Assembly (NCBI RefSeq): GCF_009914755.1
Contig: NC_060934.1
Length of the DNA: 64,000 bases
Strand: one strand, 5' to 3'
From: the human T2T-CHM13v2.0 reference genome, Homo sapiens
The notes beneath the pieces were generated by a model. That model was not told the DNA's origin. It saw only the letters and a program-made list of their open reading frames with translations, and did no database searches. Within the stretch, counting starts at the first letter, position 1. Every line of letters starts with the position of its first letter. Below are positions 47,373 through 61,202 of this stretch, one piece after another. The translations under genes were made by a program, and so were the position numbers.

Positions 47373-50300
47373 TTATTCAGCTCTGTGCCCACAGGACAAG
47401 AAACCTTCCCTTCAAGTCTTCAATATGCATTAAATATTGATCAGTCTGCCACAGAAGCACAGTCTTGACTTGAATCAGGGGGAGTACATAGAGACACCCG
47501 AGGATCCAGCCAGAAGACGAGCTATACATGGCTTCTACGCACAACAGCAGTGAAACACCCTTGCAGTGGCACAGAGGGACCTGCGGGTGCAGAACACTCC
47601 TCCAGGAATTTTTCTGAGGAAAAAATGATCGCTCATAAAAAACTGCCTGTTTTCCAGAGCACTGACCACATGCATTGCTCACCAGCAAATCTAGAATATT
47701 CAACTCCCTACTGGGGTTTTTCTAACCCAGAGCAAAGGCTGTACTGTGCTATATTATATGCAGGTGCTCTATTTTTTTGTAAATTCCATCCTGGCAAGCA
47801 AGGGCTCCAGAGGCCAACACCAGAGTTTGGAGAGCTAACACTTCCTTAATTGCACCTACACAGTTTGTTGGATCCAAGCTTGCATTTGGAATCCGCTCCC
47901 ATAATTACAATGGACAGTGCTGAATACACACAGGGGCTGGCAGTTGCGGTGTCCTTATCGGGCTTCTCCCAGCGTGTGTGACGCGTCTTCCTCTCACCTG
48001 CCATCCACTCGATCTGTGGGACTGGAATGATAAACATGGGGCTTGAATAGCCCAGCCTTGAACCGGTACTGGTCACAGGTGTGCATGTCTGCATTGGTAG
48101 AGGTAGCACCCGATTTGAAATGTATTCATATTTTCACAATTAGTAGGGGTGGGAGGGGAAATTAGTGTGTAAACCCATACCAGTTCTACCATGAGTGTAT
48201 CACTGGTTTTATGAAACATGAAACCATGCTATTGTAGAATGTGTGCTTGCAGGATTCTTGTGGGTGAAATTGGAAACTTGTCTTGGAATAGGGTTGTCAC
48301 CTGCTAATTGAGAAGGGTGTGTAAGAGGAGCTACAGTGGCAATTTGCTGTTTCATACTAACCCATAAAAGTAATAAAAATCAATGTGCAAGAATGTGTTA
48401 AGCCTTCTTTAATTTGCCTTCTGAATGAATTTTGCCTGAAGAACTAAGCAAAACGAGAAGGACATTTATGAACCTTAAGGCATCTCACAATATTGGGTAC
48501 TACAATAAACTCAACCTTGCTGAGGACATGCTAAAAGACATATTGTGCCTTTTCCTGACTACCCCACTACAGCCTACTCTACTTCCACTCTCTTTTTATG
48601 GAAGCAAAAAGGATCTTCTTAATTCTTTCTCTGACACTTTCATAAAACTCACAAACATGCCTCCAGCATATTTCAAAACACACTTGTACAGGAGAGCCTC
48701 AACAGTATAGTGCAAAGACAAAGAGAGCCAAGCTTGACGTTGAAGACCTGAGACTGACCTTCAGTTCTGCCCTTTAATAAGAAAAAGAGTTTGGGAGCAT
48801 TTCCCAACCTTTTTGAGCTTCAGATCCCTTGTTTATAAAATGAGGATATTTTCCTTTAAAATCCTCCTGGCAGACTTGTGAGGATTAAATAAAATGAGGG
48901 ATGTGAGCGAGAACTTCAAGTAGTGCCTTCCAAATCATTGCCCCAGAATTTGCAATCCTTCCTAAGTTTACAATCTTGCTTAATATTTCATGTGTTTTCT
49001 GTATTCATTACATAATTATAGTAAAATGCAATTATTTTGGCTTAGAACCAGTTGACAGAGTTGATACAAGGAGATTATAACTATGGTCCAAGATAAGAGT
49101 TCCTGCTCCATTTATGGGACATTCTTAAGTTTGCATTTGGAAGGCTGGAGCCAGTGGTGACAAGACCCAACACCTAGGCTGTGTTTATTAGGGCCTTTAT
49201 AACTCAAGCGGCCTCAGTGGGGCACCCTTCGCTTTAGGAAAGGCAGGTAGAGGGTGAAAGGGCTCACACCTAGTCCAAGTGTCTTCCAGTAGAGACGAGT
49301 ATCCTTCAGGCAATCCCAACGGGGTTAGGACCTCAGTCCACAATGTGCCCCCACCTACTTTGCTGCTCCAGGAACTTCATTTCAGCAGGTCTGGTTCCTT
49401 CCCAGAGTAAGGCAAATCCTGTGTAATAAGCTCTTTCTTGCTAAACTCCCAAAAGACTGATAAATAACCAGGATGCCAATCCATGGGTTTGTAATGAGAA
49501 ATGGCAAACTCTTAGCAGACTGGAATGGCCACATCAGCAGGTCAGTGCATTCCCTCACGGAAACAAGAAAATCCACACTATAATTTGATAACTGTGGAGT
49601 CAGAACAAATGAATGCAGGTATTCTTAATGCATATTCCTCACAAAAGATACTTTGAGGCATTCTTCCCCATTCTTGAATAGCTGGAGAACTCTAGAGCAC
49701 TATGGCTTGAATTGTTTGGCTAAGCCTTCTGGAAAACTTTGGGTACAGAGTAAATATGTTTTTGTCTGTTCCCCCAAACATGTGCTTGGCCTCCACTCCA
49801 TGCTTGGCACTGTGCCAAGTGTTTTTCACCATTTTCACTCAACACTTCCAGTGACGGTATGAGGAAAGGTGTGTTGCTATCACCACGTCACATAAACTGA
49901 GGCTTACGGGAAGACACTTACCCAAGGGCATAGTAATAAGTGGCAGGGCAGGATTTAAACTCAGAGTCTAATCCTCACTCTGAGCTATGAACTTCTGCTT
50001 CTCATACTGGGCTAAATTAATACAGCCAACTTCTGGCCATGGCAACCCTTGAATCTTTGCTGGGAATTTTGGTGTTTCTGAAAGTCCTCAGTCACCTTTA
50101 ATCCAACTACTTATAAAGTTGTTGATTAAAAGAATGCCTTTGTTGCCAGATATCATCTATGATACTTCTCTCCTCCATGTGTCTTCCTATAACCAGTCAC
50201 AGACTGTTAATGTTGCAATGGACTTTTGAAATCATGTGATTTAAAAATCATTTACTCTTTACAGAAAATGAGAGCCAGAGAAGTTAAGTACCTTGCCCAA

Positions 50301-51594
50301 GCTTTTCCTTAATACTCAACAAATGTCTATTGAGTGTCTACTAGGCACAAGGCATAAAACATAAGTCAGTGGCAGAGTCAAGACTAGTTTTCTAATTCTT
50401 GCTCCAGCAACTATTCTTCACTCTATGCTGCAGCAGTTCCAAAAGTAATTGAGGAGTGGTTTTCTTTTTTAACCAATATGTAACCCTTCCCCTTGATAAT
50501 GCAATGTAAATTGTGCCTTGGATCCAATTGCTTGCACCCTTTGTCACCATGTTAGGATCTTTATCCCTCGAGATTTCTTGGGCTGTAACAGGATCTCTCT
50601 TGCCCAATGCTCTCTGCCACATGGATGTCCCAAAGATCGGATCCTGGTGGAATACACTGGCTGCATGTTGCAGTGAGGCCTAGGAGAAGTCCTATGTCAC
50701 AATTAGTTCCTTAACATAGTTTTTAACCCATCCAACCACTCTGTAAAAATAGCTATTGAATGAGTTAAGAAATTAAAGAATTAATGAGCAGACACATCAG
50801 GGCCCAATCACTGCTTGTAGGATCCCAGATAAAGAGCTCAGACTAAAAAGCAGGTATCACCACCAATCTTGATGCAGGAGGTCTGTAGATACCCCTACTG
50901 TTCTGTCCTATAGGGTAAATCCAGCAGCAATGGCTGACTAGAACCTGTCAGCTGAGCCAAGTCTCAGCTATGGATGTATGCCCCATGGCCCATGTCCACC
51001 AGCTTTTATGCCCCAGTTTGAGGTCAAATGGTGGGATGGTGAAAGAAGAACAAGCAGGAAAAGCCACTTGCAATGAAAACGAGTAAAATCTTTGTTGTTT
51101 CATTGGGGCTTGCTTTTCATGCTTTTAACCATAGAGTAGAATTTGGTCCTGTTGGCAAGTGCCTTTTGAACTACTCTTCTGAAAACGTTTTATTAAGACG
51201 CACCCAAAGATGCAGCAGGATCCTGAAGCAGCTTTTGGAGACAGTGCAGACATATTGCCATGCACTTTGGAGCTTTGACATTGCCTAAAAGCCAAAATAA
51301 ATTTCAAATCCTTTCTGCTACTACTGCCTATGATATGAGGACTGGGAGAAAAGAAAAACGAGGTCATTCACTTTTCATTGAGTAGATATTTATTAAGTAC
51401 ATATCATATTGGAGTCACTAAGGACATAACAATGGACACAGCACAATCCCTTTTCTCCAAGAACTCAGAGTCCTCGTGAAGCTGCCAGTAGCTAGTACAC
51501 TGAATAGTGTGATGACTATGTTAAAATTTTGTTTTAGTGTGCTGCAGCAATGTCTTTCTCTAGGAAAGAGAAAGTTAAATAACATTACAGGAGG

Positions 51595-51855
51595 AAGTAG
51601 TGTAGTGTATTAGTTTTGTCTGTGAACTCTAGAGAGAGCTCACCGGAGTTTAATTCTCAGACCTATGATTTCTCAGCTGTGTGCAACTGAGCACATTTAC
51701 TTGAACCTTCTAAAAATCTCTGTTTCCTCATCTGTAAGATGGAGCTAATGGTAGCAATACACAGGGAGTTATTGTTAGCTTTCAATGAGCTGAGCCTCTT
51801 TAAAGTGTGTAGCACAATAACACCTGGCTCGTGTTAAGAGCTCAACAAATCTTAG
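51595..51855 (+). mobile_element. MIR SINE
   Basis: agtagtgtagtg...ctctgtttcctcatctgtaagatggag...gagctcaacaaat. Confidence 0.7.
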
Positions 51856-51917
51856 ACATTTTATTATTTTAATTATTAACCCAAAATCCACCTAAATTAA
51901 TAAAACATTCTATCTAA

Positions 51918-52188
51918 AGAAGGAAAAAAGAGAAAGAAAGAGGAAGGAAAGGAAGGAGGGAATAGAACTAGGGGGAAGGGAGGGGAAGGAAGAAGGGGAA
52001 GGGAAGGCAGAAGGGGAAGGGAAGGGAGAAGGGGAAGGGAAGGGAGAAGGGGAAGGGAAGGGAGAAGGGGAAGGGGAAAGGGAAGGGAAGGGGAAGGGAG
52101 GGGAAGGGAGGGGAAGGGAGGGGAAGGGAGGGGAAGGGAGGGGAAGGGAGGGGAGGGGAAGGGAAGGGAGATGGGGAAGGGACAGAAA
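51918..52188. repeat. Purine-rich (GGGAA/GGGAG)n simple repeat
   Basis: Almost pure G/A strand; 18-bp units (gggaagggagaaggggaa) followed by 10-bp units (gggaagggag). Confidence 0.95.
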
Positions 52189-53275
52189 AAGGCTATGTGC
52201 TTGGTCCTCAAATTATCCCTAAAGAAAAAAAATTAAATAAAAACCAACTAGAAGCAAAAAGCATAATTGGTGCATGATCAAAAAACCAGAACCACCTCTT
52301 TCCTCCTTGTAGCTTTCCTGACTAACAGGCTGCCCCTCCAGCCCTTACTGAGCCTGTCTAGGGGCCATGACAGCCTCTTGCTTGTGCTCAGAGCAGTGGC
52401 CATCTGGGCACCACACATCTATTTCTCATTTCCTCTTTTGTTCTTCTTCCGTGATCAGAAAAATATTTGTAAAAATGACAGTTTTTTGGCAAATGAGAAG
52501 CTCCACAAAACTTTCCAGGGCCTGGGGCATGAATGCTAAACTCTGCCATCTAACCAGCAGGTCCCCTCACAATGCTCCATATGAGGATAATTGATGTTTG
52601 TTCGTGGGCAAGTCCAGATTCGAGCATTTAAAAAAATGGAGTACCTCCTACATGTCAGATTCTATTCCAGGGCTGGAGATTGATGGTCTCTGCCCTTACA
52701 TCCAAGCAAGAAAGACCCATGGTAAGCAAGAAAACAAATCCGTAGTCATTTCAGACAGCGACAAGTGCGATGATGTAAGAGCAAAAGCCTGTATGTCTGT
52801 GTGGAGGGTGGGAGCTTTTTCTCGTGGGGTGGTCAGGGAAGTTCTCTGCTCAATCAACACTTGCCAGAGTCTCAGCTGGAGTCATCGTACAAGGGCTCCA
52901 CAAGCCTCTGCTTTCAGCAAACAAGTAAAATTTCACTGTTAGACGGATTTCTCTCTACTCGAATTCTCAGAAAAGAAACTGATTTAAGGCAAGTCTTCAT
53001 TAATCTCAACACTCATCCCTTTACAGTGCTGGATAATCAGATACATGCCATAAAGCCCCAGGGCAAATGTAACACAGAAAATAGTTAAGAAAAACAATTG
53101 TACCAAATGTGATCTCAAGCTGATAGCACCAGTAGGTCAACATAGCTTCTGCCACCTGTGGCCCCAACTTTCTCTCATGATTGTAGAGTCCCTGGAGTAC
53201 TGGTCTCATCTCCTAACTGGCCTTCCTTTCTTGCACACAGTAACCTAAGTAATCTTTTTAAAATGCCACCTCTGA

Positions 53276-53476
53276 CAGGAACAATAAACACTGGGGATTC
53301 CAAAAGGTGGAAGGAGGGAGGGGACAAGGGTTGAAAAACTACCTATTGGGTGCTATGTTCACTACCTGGGTGATGGGGTCATTAGAAGCCCAAACCTCAG
53401 CATCATGTAATACCCATGTAACAAACCTGCATAGGTACTCCCTGAATCTGAAATTTTAAAACGTAAAAATAAAAAT
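53276..53476 (+). mobile_element. 5'-truncated L1 3' end (L1PB/late L1PA-like) with TSD
   Basis: acactggggattccaaaagg...gttgaaaaactacctattggg...gtaacaaacctgca...; TSD aaaatgccacctctga (53260-53275) / aaaatgcacctctga (53477-53491). Confidence 0.9.
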
Positions 53477-54134
53477 AAAATGCACCTCTGATCAAGCACT
53501 CTGCTGCTTAAAATCCTTAAATGGCTCCCATAACTCTTCATCTAAAGACGAGAAGCTGAAGCTGGCCCACACCCGAGGCTGATGTTCAAAATATATTAAT
53601 ATAACTCCCCAGGTGCTTATCAGTCAAAACACAAGCCAGCCAAAAACAACCTTATGAACACACAACCCCGATACATGTATATTTACTTTAAAATTATATA
53701 CATGTACTACCATCAACCCATATGTTAAATATCAGTAAGATTATTTTTTCTCATAAAAACAAATGCAAATAGAAGTTGTACCATTTCCTTTCCCAAGGGA
53801 TTGGCATGTGCTCTCCAACCATGAACAATGACCCTCTCATGTTAATGTATAACATAAAAATTAATGGAGACAAAAAATGTATTGTTAATTTCCATGCTGC
53901 TCATACAGTGTGCCTTACTCCATGCACTTGGACCTGAAAATTTAGTGTAAACCAAATTTTAGCAAAAGAAACTATATTGTAAACACAATGAGGGAAACTG
54001 GCTATTTATAGGAATCTTCTTTAGGCATCTCTTTTGTAAAGTAAATAAATACTTTGTAATTAAATCAGTTCAATACAGATTCATTTTCTAAGCTCCTAAA
54101 ATAAATTTTTTTAAAAAAAAAATAATCACCCCTA

Positions 54135-54487
<353 letters not shown>

Positions 54488-54972
54488 CTAAAATGAAGCC
54501 AACAGCCAAGACACTCAAAAAAACAAATTATATTTCACGCCCACTTGCAATCTAATTATTTCACTATCTATCACTATAGAATTGGAAGAAGTTATTCTCA
54601 TGAACACCCTGAAGGAAACTTTCCATTATGGTATGAATAATTAGTGAGTTCTTTTGAAAAAATGGTGCAGGCCTGGTAGACAGGTACAATGTTTCAAAAA
54701 TCCAAAGGATGGATACAGCCAGGTGCAAACAAACTTTTCTCTCTTCTCTAGACACTGGCCCCAGTTTCCCACTTCCGGCCTCTGTTTACGCTGGTTCTCA
54801 CCAGAAACACCGCTCCCAGACCCATCCCTCTCTCACCCAGACGACTGCACGTAAGCAGGTACCCACGCATGAGTGTGCACATACACAGACACACACACTC
54901 CAACATACACACACACACACACTCCGACTCAGTCACCCAAATCCTGCCGACTTTCAAAGCCCATCTCAAACA

Positions 54973-55295
54973 CAGTCACGGATCACACAACTGTATTTTG
55001 GTCAACAATGGACCAAAATATATTTATACAATGGTGGTCCCCTAAGATGACAATATGGTTATTTTTACTGTGCTTTTTCTAAGTTTAGATCTGTTTAGAT
55101 ACAGAAATACTCACCATTGTGTTACAATTGCCTACAGTATTTAGTACAGTAACATGCTGTACAGGTTTCTAGTCTAGGAGTAACAGGCTCTACCACGTAG
55201 CCCAGGTGTATAGTAGGCTATGCCATCTAAGTTTGTGTAAGCACACTCTATGATGGTCACACAAATTGCCTACCAACACATTTCTTAGAATCCTC
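54973..55295 (+). mobile_element. Tigger3/MER7-type Tc1-mariner fossil
   Basis: cagtcacg...ggtcaacaatggacc...ggtggtccc...ccattgtgttacaattgcctacagtat...acatgctgtacaggttt...cactctatgatg. Confidence 0.85.
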
Positions 55296-55556
55296 CCTCG
55301 ATCTGTCCCAACTGAGACCAGAAATTGTGAAAATCAATTCATCTGACATATCATATCCTTTTCTCTGAACCACACTTAGTTAGAAAACAAATTTAAAAGT
55401 GCTGTCTTGCTTTAGTCCTCCTACTAAATGCCGACCACATTAAGATCACAGACTTTATTTTTATACATTTCCCACAGCACTTAGTTCATTGTTTTGTAAA
55501 CAGCTGATCAATCTTTGTTTGGCAAATGAACAGAAAAACACCTTAGCATCAAATAA

Positions 55557-55763
<207 letters not shown>

Positions 55764-56126
55764 TGAAACTATTATCTTTAAAGTGTAAAGTAGGTCAGGA
55801 AATCACTGATGAAAATTAAATAACCATGTTATGTAAAAGCCTCAGACTGTGCAGGCGAATTTGAAAGTTTATGTTCCACTCTTGAGCTTGTCATCATAAC
55901 ACCTTCCTGACGGAGTTTATGATATGAGTCAGCTCTCCCGCCCAACAGTCCATCTGAGGGTCCAGGCCAATGAGGACAGCATCAGACACTGCAGGTGGGG
56001 CCATAATTGGAGCCCCTCCATGGGAAAACTGTCACTTCCCACCTCCCATGGCAACCTTGGCCTTTGGAGTTGCCAAGAAAGCCAGGCAGGACTTGGCTAT
56101 TCAAACCCCACAACAACCAGCTTTAA

Positions 56127-56531
<405 letters not shown>

Positions 56532-56912
56532 TAAAATGAGTTCAACCTAGGAATCACTAAGATGCATTCTATAGCTAAAATTATTATTCTGTGCATCCCC
56601 CAAGACTGTGATACTGACAATTATTACAATCTTATCTATGGCCATTTGTAAATAAAAAGAATAATACTTCCCCACAAAAACTAAAACAGATGGGGTAAGG
56701 GGAGGAAAAAGGGAGAGGTTCTAATGGTCACAGCTGGATCTTTTAGATGGTTGATTAGATGCCTCTTTTCATCAGTGACAACTCGAAGTTTTTATGAAAA
56801 GTAAATTTCAAAATCTGCTAGAATCACCCTTTCAGGATCAACTCCCAGATAAGTTGTGTTTATTTCACTTTTTTAAACAATTATGATGATAATAAGGTGA
56901 GCTGTACTATAG

Positions 56913-57256
<344 letters not shown>

Positions 57257-57559
57257 TTGAATATATATTTTTTAAGTCAAAGTTCAGCTATCCTTCAAGG
57301 AAATTTGAAAGTCCAAATGTATTTTTGATGATGATGAATTATACTTGGATAAAACCTACCCTCTACTTTTAACTTTTTATTATGGAAGATTTAAATGTCT
57401 ACAAAAATAGGAAGAGTAGCTTAGTGAACGTGGAGGTACTGTATCAAGCTTCAGAAATTATCAATTTACAGCCAATCCTGTTTACCTATACTCCACATAG
57501 CTCTCTCCCCTACTCATATTTTGAAGTAAATCACAGATATTATATCAATTCATCTATAA

Positions 57560-57880
<321 letters not shown>

Positions 57881-58394
57881 CAATTTATCTATAAATATCT
57901 ATATATTTATATGTAGATATTATCGATAATATCTACATATTTATATATAGATAATATCTACATATTTATATATAGATATCGATAATATCTATATATTTAT
58001 ATATATTTATATATAGATATTATCGATAATATCTCTCTATATATATTTTTATATAGATATTATCGATAATATCTATATATTTATATATATTTATATATAG
58101 ATATTATCGATAATATCTATATATTTATATATATTTTATATAGATTTATAGATAATATCTATATATTTATATATAGATATTATCGATAATATCTATATAT
58201 TTATATATAGATATTATCGATAATATCTATATATTCATATATATTTATATATAGATATTATAGATAAATATAGATATTTATAGATATTTATAGATAAATA
58301 TAGATATAAATTTATAAATATATATATTTTTATATATCTATAGATATAATTATAGATCTATAAATATAGATATAGCAATTTATCTATAAATATC
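57881..58394. repeat. AT-rich palindromic minisatellite (~34-bp unit)
   Basis: Repeated atatatttatatatagatattatcgataatatct; seven ATCGAT centres. Confidence 0.92.
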
Positions 58395-60823
58395 CCAATA
58401 TGTATATCTACAATATAAGGATACTAAAAAATACCTCAATAATACTACCACACCTAATTCTTATATGGTTAAGAATTAACAATTCATTAGTATCTTAATA
58501 TTGCCAAGTATCTAGACCATATTCCAGTGTTCACATTTCCTTGATTATCTCAAACATTTTTAAATTGTTTGTTCAAAGGTGGTTTCAAATTAGGTCCATA
58601 CAATGAGACTAAATTGGTCGGTAGTCTGTAAAGGCTTTTTAAAATATATATGCTCCTCCTTATCTCTCTTTTTTATATCTTCGTAACTTTTTTTGTTGAA
58701 GAAACTGGGTCACTTATCGTGTAGAATTTCCCATAGTCTGCACTTCGCTGATTCCATCCCTGAGGAATTAACCTGTTCCTCTGGACCCTGTACTTCCCGT
58801 AGTTGGCAGTTGGATCTAGGCTCTGGATCAGATTCAAGTCTGATTGCTTTGTAAGACCACCTCATGAGTAGAGCTGTGTTCTTCCATCAGTCAGGTTGCT
58901 TCTCTGTTTGTGATGTTTGCAGCCATTGATGATCACTGCCTAGATCCATTAATTCATTAAGGTCTGCAAAAGGACCCTCTCTTCTCCACTCTGTCTCCCA
59001 GGTAGGAACCTCTGAAGCTGAGGACGTATTCTTGCTGGCTTCATTATTGTCATCATTCCTCTTCGTGACCTATTACACATTTCTGAAGAGAAACTCCTCT
59101 CACCAGCTCCTTTGTTTCCTAAGGTAGGGTTCTTATAGAAACAAGATAAGCTTTCCTCTTTCTTTCATTTACCAATTTTCAAACTAATGAGTTGTACCCT
59201 AGCATTCTGCAAGAGTGACCCATGATTTTCCTAGCACCATTTGGAACTCATGGATTAAAACATATTCGATGTGTTTCAATCCCTCTTAGTTTTTATCTTT
59301 ATTGATGTTGAAATATTTGCCCTGAGGGAGGTTTTGCAAGTTGTCTCCTGAGTCTTTTTGACATGTTTCTTCTAGTCTTTGATAGTTTTTTGGCTTTCAG
59401 TTATGACAATTGCTCCAGGCTCACCTTGTTTATTTCCTCCCAGACCTGGAATCCTCCATCTTGCCAAGAAGCTTTGGTTCTGTCCAATAGAACCACAATC
59501 TGGGTGATAGGTGTTCCCATTGCTACTGGTTTGGTCATTCTTTCCAGGCCTTTTAAGCGGACAGACCTTGAGAAAAATCTATCAAGTTCATACTGATACT
59601 CCTCATTCAAAATCAAGACTGTAAGATTTTACCTAAATTCCTTGATCTTAATCTGCATCCACAAAAATCCCATTTTTCAGTGACACCAATATAATTATTC
59701 ATTTGCTTTATCCCACACCATACTTAGAACAATAGCAGAATAATAATATAAGCATTAGCACCAAAATATGATTACTAAAAATAGTTTAATTTTTTTTTAA
59801 GTTCTTTTTATCCTTAGGGTATATACTCACCAGGGACATGCTGTCAAGTTATCTTATTTAAAAGTCACTTGGAGCAGTTCCTGTCTCTGCTTATGCCATC
59901 AGCTCAATCCAGAGTTAGGTTCATTTGTTTCATTTTATTATCAGCTTTTAGAGACTAGCTTTTTAAATTTTAGTGTTATAATTTGGTTTCACAATTATGT
60001 AAAACATTTGTATGATTCCAAAACCAAATTTGAAACTCAAAATGTAAGTAACAAGGCTAGCTTTCATCTCTGAACTCTCCACACTATTCCTTTTTTCCTC
60101 AAAAATAACTTATTTTAAAAATACATTTTATTCTTCCTTTTTAATACAAGCAAATCATATATGTGATTATATATTTATGTGTGTACATAATATATATATC
60201 ATATATGTGATTATATACATGATTATATATGTGTGCCTATATGTATGTATATATAATCATACACACAGATACACACACATATATATTCCCTTTCTTTGAT
60301 AAATAACAGCAGACTATTCTTTTTTCTGCCTTGGATTCACTTAACATGCCTTGGAAGTCACTCCACAGCTATCACAGGGTTCATCCTCATTTCTTTTCAT
60401 AGCTGCATAGTACATACTCAATCATGTAGCTGTCCTATAGTTTATTTAACCTGTTCCTTACTGGTGGACATTTGGGTTGTTTTCAGTCATCTGCTCTTAT
60501 AAAAAGTGCTGTGATGAATAGCCTGTGTATCTGTCTTTTCATATTTTTGCCAAGGTATCTTGGCGATTCCTAGAAGTGGCATTGCTGGGTCATAGGCTAA
60601 ATGCCCATGTGGTTTTGCTAGATAGTGCCAGTCTCCTCCCTGGGATTGTCCCATTTCATATTCCTCCCAGAATTGAATGAGAGGGCCTGTTTCCCCATAG
60701 GTCTGCCAATACAGCATGTTGTCAACCTTTGGGGTTTTGACATCCGATAGGTGAGAAATGGTACGTTGGTATAGTTTTTATTTTACATTTATCTTATTAT
60801 TAATGAAGTTGATTATCTTTTCA

Positions 60824-61202
<379 letters not shown>

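Noticed and set aside
57881-58394. CRISPR-like palindromic repeat array
   Set aside because: No unique spacers, no cas genes and a mammalian context; it is a minisatellite.
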